Assembly: GCF_009914755.1 (NCBI RefSeq)
Contig: NC_060934.1
Source of the DNA: the human T2T-CHM13v2.0 reference genome, Homo sapiens
Length of the DNA stretch: 64,000 nt
Reading direction: 5' to 3' (one strand)
In this document: piece by piece, positions 25,348-35,990 of the stretch
Numbering within the stretch: position 1 is the stretch's first letter
Layout: each line of letters opens with the position of its first letter
Translations under genes and position numbers: made by a program
The notes under the pieces: model-generated
Seen by the model: only the letters and a program-made list of their open reading frames with translations
Database searches by the model: none
Told to the model about the DNA's origin: nothing

Positions 25348-26456
25348 CTGTCTTTTCTCATTCGAGTTTACATTTTCCTGGTTCTTGATATGATAACTGA
25401 TTTCTGATTGTATGCTGAGTATTTTGATATTATTTTATAAAACTCTAGATGTTATTTAAGCCTTATGTTTTCACAAGCCTCCTTTGACACTACACTGGCA
25501 GGTGAAGGGGGATCCAGCCCATTACTCCAGGTAAAAGTGGACATCTAAATTCTCCAGATCACCTTCATTGATACCACTGTGTCATTCTTTGGGCCCCAAG
25601 GTTTTCTCTACCTTTTGACATCTCCTTGTGTTTTCCTTCTATATAATATGGTGCAGGGTTTTTAGCTGTAGTTAGCAGGAAGAATAAGAAATGTGTCTAT
25701 GCCATCTTGGTCCTGAACCAGAAGTCCTAGGGTCATTTTATTTTATTTCATTTTTTTGTGTAGTTGGTGAAACATAGCCTCTGAGTGAAACTATAGCAAT
25801 AATGATGCTTTAGGTTGAATAATTCAGATGCTTGTAGACCTTACCAGTTTATTAACTTCTTAATGAATTGTGCACTTCTGGAGAAGAGCAGCACCTGTTG
25901 GTCAATGACTGTTTCTACCACATAAGGCGGTGGCAAGCTATTTGTTTTTATAAAAAATGTGTAAGGAAGATTAATATTATTTTCTTAAAACATCAACTGA
26001 TTTTTTTTTAGAAACCATTTAAAGAGTCTGCTTAAACACACCTGGAGACTCGGGAATGATAGCCTCATTCTAAGCTTTTGGGTCTTGACAGGGAAGAATT
26101 ATGCTCTAAAGTGACACATGTCATTGATTATTAAATAAAGACACCATGGAAGGGAATGGAAAGCATAGCCTTCAGTGTATTTTGTTCTTCTTCTTGACTA
26201 GAATAAATCTGCTGAATTATGAGCTTTAACTATCATGTCACAGAGAAAGCAGCCAAGGTTGAGTACACCTGCTAATTATAGGCCCAGCTCAGCAGGAACA
26301 CTCAGTTGCTACCAGCAATCCAGCCAAATCACAACCTTTTCTTAGAATGAAAATACCCTCACTGTAGCCTGAAAGTTAGCAAATGGATTTAAGAGGTTTT
26401 AGTTTTAAGTTTCTATGATTCCTACCTCCAATGACACTGTGTAGGATGATATACAT

Positions 26457-26664
26457 CAGAAATTGGACATTTTTTATAAGCCACATAATAACATTTTAGT
26501 CTTTGCAAGCTGCAGTCTATTGCAACTACTCAATTCCACCATTGTAGCATGAGAGAAACCAAACACAGAAACAAATGAGTGTGGCTCAATTTCAATAATA
26601 CTTTATTTACAAAACAGGGAAGTGGGCTAGATTTGGCCAGTGAACCATAATTTTCTGACTCCTG
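26457..26664 (-). mobile_element. MER58A hAT-Charlie MITE
   Basis: CAG...CTG termini, caactactcaa and tactttatttacaaaacagg. Approximate 8-bp TSD atatacat/gtatacac. Confidence 0.85.
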
Positions 26665-26851
26665 GTATACACCATGGGGCAGGATACTTTACTGAAATAT
26701 TAATTTATATTTTTTTCCCTGTAGATTCTCATTTCTTCATTCCCCTATAGACAGTTTTTCTCATGTTTTCTTGCCTTAGGAATTTTGATACATAAGAAAT
26801 CAGAAGTAGCCTGAAATCAAATTTTCTTCCCCCTTCTTCTGAAATGCAAGG

Positions 26852-27200
26852 CAGGGGTTGCAAGCTGACATCTGGAAGCTTGAATATGGCCAATGACACA
26901 TTTTGCTTGGCCCAAGTGAAGTTATAAAAGCATTTGATTTAGTAACCAGTATTTAACAATCAGGATGTTTTATATAAAAACACAGATTTCTGACTTTTCT
27001 TTAAAAGATGAGCAGATTTGGCACAACGGGAACTGCATCCCTTATGATAATAACTGGCTACAGCTGAACAACAAATACCTGTTTTAAACAGTTTTCCCAG
27101 TTCCCACTACTCCCTGTTATCTTCTGAAATAAATGCAACTGTTAGATGCCATTATAATTTTTCCTTGACTTTTTTATGATAAAGAATTATTTCTTTATCC
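26852..27200. mobile_element. hAT-Charlie element (MER102-like) remnant
   Basis: caggggttgcaagctg terminus and aacacagatttctgacttttct. Confidence 0.5.
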
Positions 27201-27439
27201 TAGTCCCTATACCAGTCTTTATATTAATACATATAAACCTTTGAGTGCCTTCTTTACTTACCTGACATCCTTGATCTGAGACCATTGTAGGAATAGTGCT
27301 AGGTGTCCCAGATGAAGATGGAAGAAGAAAAAGACTTTAAAAGGAAAGAGAAAGAGGACATTTCTCTAAACCCTCAAGTGTTAAGATGACTGTGGAACCC
27401 CAAGACAAATAGAGCCAGCAGTATTCTGTGTGGCTCTCT

Positions 27440-27918
27440 GTGTGGCTCTGGGTGTTTTAAAGCATTTTGCAAATGATTTGGTACTCCCTGTATGAAACTG
27501 GGTCAGCCATTGTGACTGTGTCAAGGAGAATGTTATGGAGGTTATACTGGGTAACTTTTGTGGTAAGAAACCATGCCATGTCTTCAGGTTTCTCTTTGGC
27601 ACTCCTTCTGATAGCCTTCACCAACTATGTAAGAAGTCTGGCTACTATGAGGTGGCTATGTAGAAGGACAACATAAAGCGACCACAGTGAGAAAAAGATG
27701 TCCCAGGAGCCCCAGCGGTTCTGGCTCCCAGCTTCCTGAACATTCCCAGCCCAGATCCAGATATATAAGTGAGAAACCTTCAAAATGACACCAGTCTCAA
27801 TCACCATCTGATTGCAACTTCATGAAAGACCCTGGGCAAGAACTACCTAGCATAGCCAGTCAATCTTCAGAGTAAGATAAACGGCTGTTACTGCTTTAAG
27901 TTACTGTTCTGGGATTCT
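27440..27918 (+). mobile_element. MLT1 (F/G/H-type) MaLR LTR, 3'-truncated
   Basis: tgattgcaacttcatgaaagaccctgggcaagaactacctagc...tgctttaagttact. Confidence 0.7.
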
Positions 27919-27978
27919 TTTTTTTTTTTATGCCAAAGAGATGCCTGTGCTCTGGTGTTCATGGCAGCATTATTCACA

Positions 27979-27979
<1 letters not shown>

Positions 27980-28025
<46 letters not shown>
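27980..28025. repeat. (TG)23 microsatellite
   Basis: Uninterrupted 46-bp TG run. Confidence 0.98.
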
Positions 28026-28027
<2 letters not shown>

Positions 28028-29458
28028 GTGCACTTCTCAATTTGTGTTCCAGTCCAGGGCTTTGAATGAAGGTTTTGGAAAGTTCTCGACAAGCTCTCTG
28101 AACTTGTTTCCACTTTGTGTAGTTGCATGGTAAACAAATACATACACACCACAAAGAGTTATATCTCTAAAGCTCCTCCCACCTTGTTTATGTTCCTACA
28201 TACAATATCTTGAAATCACAACTATTTGGATATGGCAATGTGTGTGATATCATTTTTGAAAAGAAAGGTGGCAGGTTCAGAGCCTCTCTGAGGGAAAAGG
28301 ATTTTTAAAAGTAGTTGAGAAAGGAACCTGGAGGGAGATTTAAAAGTGAGAGAGGAGGGGTTCGATGAGGCCCCAGAAAGCTTTCCTGTAAATGAAGAAC
28401 AGCTAAATGAGCCATTTGTAAGCAAATAACTGGAAAACTGAAGAAAAATGAGGAGGGGACTGGTTTTTGTTCAGGCCAAGTAATATAGGTAGTGCTAAGT
28501 TTGGCAGCAGCAGAACTGAGAAAACAGCAAGACTCTTAATTTCTATTTCTAAACCTTCTTGTTGAGGAAAGAAAGAGGAGAAGCTGGGAAAAGATGTCTG
28601 AGTGCTCCTTCTACTAATCAGAAGTCTCCACAAAAATAGATTGTTAAATTCTCTTTTGGCCCCCATAATTCCTATAACTTCGGCTTATGGGCTCTGGGGA
28701 AAAGGAAGTGTTGTAGGATTTCTTCAAAATAATTCTCCTCAAATCCTTGGTCCCTTATATCAAGAAGTCAAATATATGCCTGCAGAGACCACCATATGCA
28801 AAAATGTAGCAAAAAAAATTGTGCAGCTGAAACTAAGACATACAATCTTCTGTGGAAAGCAATGCTTTCAACAGACTTGGCCTCAAAGTTTGATGTATTA
28901 AGATGATAAAGTGGCTTATGAATGACAGAAAGACAAAACCAAGGAACAAAAAGGAAATTTGAAGCAGCATATCCTCATAGTCTCTTCAAAAGGCATCATC
29001 GTTTCATCTGGTAATAACACCTGGGCCACCTGCACCTGAGTTACCCAACACGCCTCTTGAATGCTTCTAATTACAGGGGAGAGCCCAAATTCTGTTTGAG
29101 GTCAGGAGAGAGATAACAGCATTCTGACCCCCTCACCTGAGTATGGCAAGAAAAGAGCACTTTTGGTTCTCAAAAGTTCATTCTTGTCACAGTATGTAGA
29201 GAAAATTACCTCAGAATCATGCCCTGGGCCTCCCAAGGGCCATAAATGCAAGACAGGAGATGATTCCGGAAGGCAGTGAATTTTTTCTTCGTTAATTTGC
29301 ATCCCTTAAGACACCCAAAATGACATGGTTGTTAGCAGCAAGATGAGTGGTTCCAGAAAGCAGCTTGGATGGAAATAAAGGGTTCCTCCTTTGGTTGAAG
29401 TTAACTATAAGTGTCTAAGAAAGGAATTGCCAGGAAAAAGTACTAATGGAAACAGACA

Positions 29459-29592
29459 GAAGGAAGGAAGGAAAGAAGGAAGGAAGGAAGGAAGGAAAGA
29501 GAAAGAGAAAGAGGAAGGAAAGAAGAAAGAAAAGGAGGGACGGAGGGAGGATGGAAGGAAGGGAAAGAAGGAGAAAGAAAAGGAGGAAAAAA
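29459..29592. repeat. (GAAG)n / GA-rich polypurine tract
   Basis: Directly visible. Confidence 0.9.
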
Positions 29593-31004
29593 GACACTTG
29601 AGAATTACATTAGACATCCAGATATAAAAGAACCTCAAAGGACCCATCAAACCTAACCAAGATAAACTCAGAAGTGTCTTATTCATAGCCTTCAATTAAA
29701 ATAGTAGCATTTATAATTGCCATACAGTGCAATGACCCAATTTTTATAAATAATCTAAATGTTGCTTTTAAAGGCAATGGTGTCAGAAAGAAATAAATTC
29801 TTCTGAACAAATCTGTCGATTCCTTGCACTATTTCTATAGCAACTAGAAACAAGTTACAAGGCTTGGCATCAGGAGATTCTAAGTACGAAAAAGCAAATC
29901 ACTTTGGATTGTTTATCAAGTTCAGTACAAATAATAAAGCAGTTAATCTCATTGGACTTCCTAATTAGACTTTTTAAAGTCCTTCATGGTTTTGTAAACA
30001 TCATCAAAGGAATGAGTTTCCACCCTGGCACCCTTAAACACCTCAGAAGGCTCAAAGTTAATAGTGGGGTCCTCAAGCTATTTGCAGTATTTCAAAAAGC
30101 CTAATGCAAATGGCACACTTATCTGTGTAACTGTTATGAGTTCTGAGCCTACATGATCCAATATCTACATTGAATCACATTCAAGCAAAGCATAGTCCTA
30201 AATAGTATTTAAAAAGGGAGTTTTATTTTTCATCTTAAACACATGAACAATGCTACTCCATAATCGCATCCATGTTTCTTGGGTCCCACTTTCTCTCCTC
30301 TTTTTTCCCACCCTGCACCACCCCAGAGCCTTGCACTCAGGAAAGCCCCCTATAATGCTTCCTCCACCGGCTGCTCTGGGAACTTTTCTCTTTCACTCTC
30401 ATCACTTTTCCTTCTTCATTTTGTTTTCCCCCACTTGCTTCTTACGTAGCTTTCTCTACCTTCTCTCATACTCTCTTTCCACCTCTTCCCACCTCTTCCC
30501 ACTTCCTCTTGTCTTGCTTGACTACCTATTTTCCTGTTTCTGCCTCTTCCAAGGGCCAGAAGGAGCAGTCTGCTCAGCCGTGAAAACCAAACAGACAGCA
30601 GCAACATCAGTTCGTTTATTGAGTGGAAAAGTATCTATTAATCATTTGAGCATTTTACAGGATTTTGTCTTCAAGTGACATCTTATTTGCTAAATCAAGG
30701 GTAGGAACTTAAAGCCGTTCCTGGTTGACTTTCTCCTTAGCTATTCCTGCCTTAGAGGTGCTCCTGTGGTACCTTCAGACAATCTCCATGGCACCACCAC
30801 ATATAGTTTTTTAAAAAGTTGTATAGTGATTGTTTTCTTGAAGACTGGTTTGGCACTGTCCCATTAAATAACTTTTTATGTGTGTGTGCCATACTTTCCA
30901 ACCAGACTGCATACACTTTGGAGACAGGAGATAAGGATAGGCTATCTTCCATACTATGTTAATGTGTATCGACATTGTTAAGACACATAGTATGTTAATG
31001 TTAA

Positions 31005-31326
<322 letters not shown>

Positions 31327-31541
31327 GGGCTTACATTTTTTAAGCAAATTTATTGTTTCTAGCACAAGGCACTTTCTCAAGTGTATGCCAAGGGCAATCA
31401 TTTTATAAAATATTCTGCAATAGAAGTGTTCTGTGCAGGTTATGAGAAAAGCCAGAACTATATATACCTCTTTGGAGATTCCTGGTGCTGGTTAGTCTCT
31501 TGCTTAACTTGTTTATCCCATCAGATCAAATATGTACTTGG

Positions 31542-31948
31542 TGGCTCAGTCCATTTGTGCTGCTATAAAAAAGTATCTGAGACTAGGGAATTTATAAAAA
31601 GAAGAATTTATTCCTTAGAGCTCTGGAGGCTGGGAAGTTCAAGATCAAATCATCGGCAGATTCGGTGGCTGGTGGGGATGCTCTCTGCTTTCAAGGTGGC
31701 TTCTTGTTACTACATCCTCACTTGGCAGAAAGAGCTAACTCTATGTCCTCAGATGACAGAAGGCAGAAGGGAAAAAGGCCTAATTAGTTCCCTCCAGTGC
31801 TTTTTTAAGGATATTAATTTTATTTGGGAGAGGAGAGCTCTCATGATCTAATCACCTTCTGTTAGAAGGCCTCATCTTCTACCATCACCTTGGAATTTCA
31901 CTTCCAGCTAACAGATTTTGGAGGGACACATACATTCAAACTATAGCA
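31542..31948 (-). mobile_element. MaLR solo LTR (MSTC/MSTD-type)
   Basis: TG...CA termini, TSD cttgg/cttga, and ctggaggctgggaagttcaagatc. Confidence 0.9.
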
Positions 31949-32909
31949 CTTGATCACAAAACCCTCTTCCCCTTTCAAAACATTCCTCAACATCCCACAG
32001 CGTGAACATGGAGCTCCCTTTGGTGAACTGTGGCCTAAGATCATATAAGCCAAGACATGTCTAAGAAAAAATATTTTTCTTGTGGCTTTTCTGTTTTCCA
32101 CTTTACATTTTCTCAACAAAAGTTAATGCTCTAATCAGGTGTGAAACAGAACAATGAAAGCACAGGGGTAAAAACACACAACTCTAAAATGTTCCTTTTA
32201 TACCATCTGTAGTGTGTTTAATTCTGGCAGCCTTTGTTGAGTCCATTTTTTCCTTCTGCAGGTCAGGCTTGAAGTGATACATGCTTTCTGTTTTCTCTGG
32301 ACACCAATCAGAGAAAGTTCATTCAACATCTGGTACTGCTTAGAAGCTTAAAAAAAAAAAAAGGAAAAAAATTCACTTCATGAAAAAGCTATTAGTAGGC
32401 AGGGAAATAAGGCCTTGGTGTTCTCACAAGGGAAGGAACACTTAAGGACAATTTTTAAAAAAATAAAAACAAATAAACTAGAAATTTGAATGCAGCTGAC
32501 ATCTATTTCCATTGACAGTTCATTGTCTGGTGTATAAAATGATCCACAACAAAACACTGTTCCTTTCTTACATAAAGAAGAAACTCTCAGACTCGCAGAA
32601 AAGGACAGTCCAGGGGGGAAATATAGGAACACTACATTGAATTATGTTAAATGGGTCATGGTCAGCCCCTAAAAGGACATTTCCTAAGATGGCAAATAAT
32701 CAGTTATTCAAGAGTATCCCACAAAATAAAGAGAATGGTGAGGAGCAGACAGCTATGATCACAGGCAAGCATCCTACTCTGAGAGAGGCCTCGTTCCTGG
32801 GGAAACTGCTGAGATATTGCTAACCGTGCTCAAGCAGGAAGCCCTTGCATTTTACTGAGGCCATGAAAGATTAGAAATAAAATTGATAAACAACAAAAAT
32901 ACAGAAGAA

Positions 32910-33115
32910 ATCATTCACTCATTCAAGAAATACTTTTTAAAGCACCTATCAGGGAGCAAAGGGAAACACTGAAAATAGCATAATATCTTCCCTCTAGGAG
33001 TTTAGATCATAGTAGGGAATAAAGATATTTGCAGGGGTAACTCCAATACCAGGTAAGATGTGATTAATTCTGTAAGAGAGACAAATTGCTTTGAAAGTTC
33101 AGGGAAGGATGAATC
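32910..33115 (-). mobile_element. L2 3' end
   Basis: tcattcactcattcaag...agcacctat L2 tail. Confidence 0.6.
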
Positions 33116-33286
33116 CTTGAAAAAAAGTGGGTTTTTTTCTATTACAATGTACTGATAATTTATGTGTAAGTCATTGTTTAGGACAAAGGTGAATAAAATG
33201 ATCTCTACTCTCTATTGACTAGTATCTCTAAGGATCATTCACAATTCTAATGATCTTCTTGGTACCCAGCCACCCACCTTTTAAAA

Positions 33287-33505
33287 CGGAGTTTAGAAAA
33301 ATATGGCCTTTTGGGACATATCTGGCCCACTGCCTGTTTTTAAAAATAAAGGTTTATTGGAACATGGGCACATCCTGTTTACATATTGTCTCTGGCTTTC
33401 AAGCTACAACAGCTGGGTTAAGTGATTGCAATGGAGATAGCATAACCAGCAAAGCTGAAAATATTTAACATCTGGCCCTTTACAGACAAGGTTTTCTGGC
33501 CCCTG
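33287..33505 (+). mobile_element. MER58A MITE
   Basis: tctggcccactgcctgtttttaaaaataaaggtttattggaac...tctggccctttacag...cccctg. Confidence 0.88.
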
Positions 33506-34164
33506 TACTAGAAGATAATAAAAAATATTTGATCTATTTGATTATGATAAGGAGTCTCTTTCCTATACTATTCACGTACTAAATAATCCCCATCGCAGAT
33601 GGTGGGCGATTGTTCTCATTTCAATATGATGTTAGAAAGTGCATCTACAACTACACACTCTTATTAGAGCTTGTAAGCTCCTTTAGGATGTCAACATTTC
33701 CTTATTACCCAGATACATTAGAATCTAAGTTCCATGCTTGTTTTTTCTTCACCATTGTAACCCTGTTGCTGGGTGCTAAATTAACACTTCTATGATGAAA
33801 GCAGATTAGGCCTGGAGAGATCTGTAAACTCTTCCAAAGTCACAGAAGGAATGCTGGCACCAGAACCAGTACTCAGGGCCTTTCCTTCCCCAATGGATGT
33901 TACCTTGTCTTTTCTAGAAGTTTCTCCCCGGGCTGTTGCAATGGACTCTTATCTTGTCTCACAGACTATATTCTTGCCTGCAAAAGTTCATTGCGACCAG
34001 AAGGACATCTCTAGAGCTCTGCTCAAAAATCTCTAGTGCTTTGCCATTACTGAAACCTTACCAACATTTCAAGGCTTAGCTCAACTGTTCCTCCTTTATC
34101 ATGACTTCTAAACTCTCTCACCTTCCCCTCCAAATGAAATGCTGTGTGCCTCCAGAATGTCTAT

Positions 34165-34440
34165 TTGTTGTAGGGAAAAAATGTGTGCTGTAGTAGAAAA
34201 GCATGTTAGAGCATCCTCTTCCAAGTCGTCTGATTCTAGCTTTTCATTGCCTTTGAGCTATTTTACAACTCTGTAAGCTGTAGATAACTGACAGCAATGC
34301 AAAACAATTCTTGTTTATAAATAAGCAAACAATGCTATCAGGTGAAGGTTCGGTTGACTTCCCTCCCCACTGTGGAAGAAGTCAGTTTTGTCTCAATTTG
34401 CTCGTTTGTTACAATATTCCAGATCTATACATGGATTCTA
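34165..34440. mobile_element. Probable ERV1-class LTR fragment
   Basis: Begins tgtagggaaaa with LTR-like composition. Family not determined. Confidence 0.3.
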
Positions 34441-34511
34441 TATATTTACTCTTTTACTTCTCCTTTCAATTGGTTTAATATCTGCCTGACTCCCTCATTA
34501 ATAATGATTTA

Positions 34512-34705
34512 GGCTGGGTGCAGCAGCTCATGTCTGTAATCTCAACATTAAAAATTAGCCAGGCATCATGATATGTGCCTGTGATCCCAGCTACTCTGAA
34601 GCTGAGGCAGGAGAATTGCTTGGGCCCAGGAGTTTGAGGCTAAGATGGTGCCACTGCACTTCACCCCAGATGACAGAGTGAGACCCTGTCTCAAAATAAT
34701 AATAA
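34512..34705 (+). mobile_element. AluJ with most of the left arm deleted
   Basis: The first ~36 nt of Alu join directly to the linker and right arm. (AAT)n tail. Confidence 0.85.
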
Positions 34706-34809
34706 TAATGACAAATAAAATCTTTAACACATTTTCATTTTACACCTGTATGAGAATCATGATTTGACCTTTTTAAAAAATTGCCATTTACACCTTTGCT
34801 TATTGTTTG

Positions 34810-35825
34810 TTTTTCAGCTACTATATGCCAAGCTTAGTGCTAGAAGCTGGGCATATAATGATAATCAAAATAGTCATAGTTCCTGACTTCAAGAAATTTA
34901 TGTCTAGTTGGGAGATAGATTTTAAAAAAAACTCAGATATAAGAAAATATTTAAGGTGCATAAAGGAAAATTACAGAATATTCTAAGAGAAAATCACAGA
35001 GAAATTGGTTTAGAGTTGCAGTGAGCAGTGAGGAAGTTAAGGAGGTACCCCTTAGAAAGTGGCATCAGGGCTGAGGCTTGAAGGTGAGAATTAACTAGGC
35101 AAAGAGAAGGAGGAGGAACAGTTCAGACAGAGGAAAAGTACAAGACAAAGTCCCTGGAGTGGGGTGGAGAAGGATTGCAACATAAGAGGGACAGAGTGAC
35201 AGCAAATGAAGACCCTGGATACCAGATGAGGCAGGGCCTAGTAGCCCATAGTCCGTAGTTTGGATGTTATGTTCAACAGGAGGACACTAAAAAGTTTTGC
35301 AAAGATCCCTCCATTTTCACATAAAGAATGGGTCAGATTGGAAGCAGGGGTTGTTAAGAAGATACTAGGCCTAATTGTATTTCTACAATATCTTTTTTAA
35401 ACACTCATTTCAGTCTGCCTTCTAATATAATGGTGATAACTAGAGTTAACCTCCTAAACTGAGGACAGAGATCATGTGTTATTTATTTCTGAAGCCATCT
35501 AGGTTTTTGCTTACATAAAAGGCATGAGGTAAATGCTCGTTGAATTGAACACCAGTCAGCATTCTGATAATAACAAGAGCTAACATTTATTGGGTGCCTA
35601 CTATGATTCAGACACTGTACCAAGAACTTTGCATGAATTATGTAATTTAAAACTCATAACAATTCTATCAGGCAACTTCGATAATTATTTTCATTTTACA
35701 CATGAGATAACAGAGGCTTAGGGAGGTAAAATAACTTGCCTAAGGTCACGTAATCTGCATGTTGGATAAAGGCAGTTTTGCCTAACTCTAGAAAGTGAGC
35801 TCTTAATCAGAAGCTGTATTCCTTC
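34810..35825. mobile_element. L2 fragments followed by a minus-strand MIR (35570-35825)
   Basis: L2 motifs (gtgctagaagctgggcatata; taaatgctcgttgaattgaa) and a MIR core (gaggcttagggaggtaaaataacttgcctaaggtcac). Confidence 0.7.
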
Positions 35826-35911
35826 CCATTCAAATATTTGAATATCAAGTTTACCAAAGCAGATGCTGGTTCACTATATCTGTCTTTCTTTTTAGCCCTT
35901 CAGAAGAGTTA

Positions 35912-35990
35912 TTAGGTTGGTGCAAAAGTAATTGCAGTTTTTGCCTTTACCTTTATTGCAAAAACCTTAATTACTTTTGCACCAACCTAG
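35912..35990. mobile_element. MADE1 (Hsmar1-derived palindromic MITE)
   Basis: 79-bp hairpin ttaggttggtgcaaaagtaattgc...aattacttttgcaccaacctag, with TA on both sides. Confidence 0.96.

Larger units (their letters stand above)
23525..25730 (-). mobile_element. L1MC4-like LINE, interrupted by a MaLR LTR and a templated duplication
   Basis: L1MC 3' end (tcacccagtttcttccagtgg) and T-rich antisense body (aaattctcttagtg...attcctgaaaaataattttgctg). Confidence 0.75.

Noticed and set aside
27888-30678. Low-complexity ORFs (HT/CV repeats, KEGR, F/L/S-rich)
   Set aside because: Translations of microsatellite and purine/pyrimidine tracts.
31381-31851. Longest ORF (156 aa)
   Set aside because: Non-ATG start, and it lies mostly within an MST LTR.
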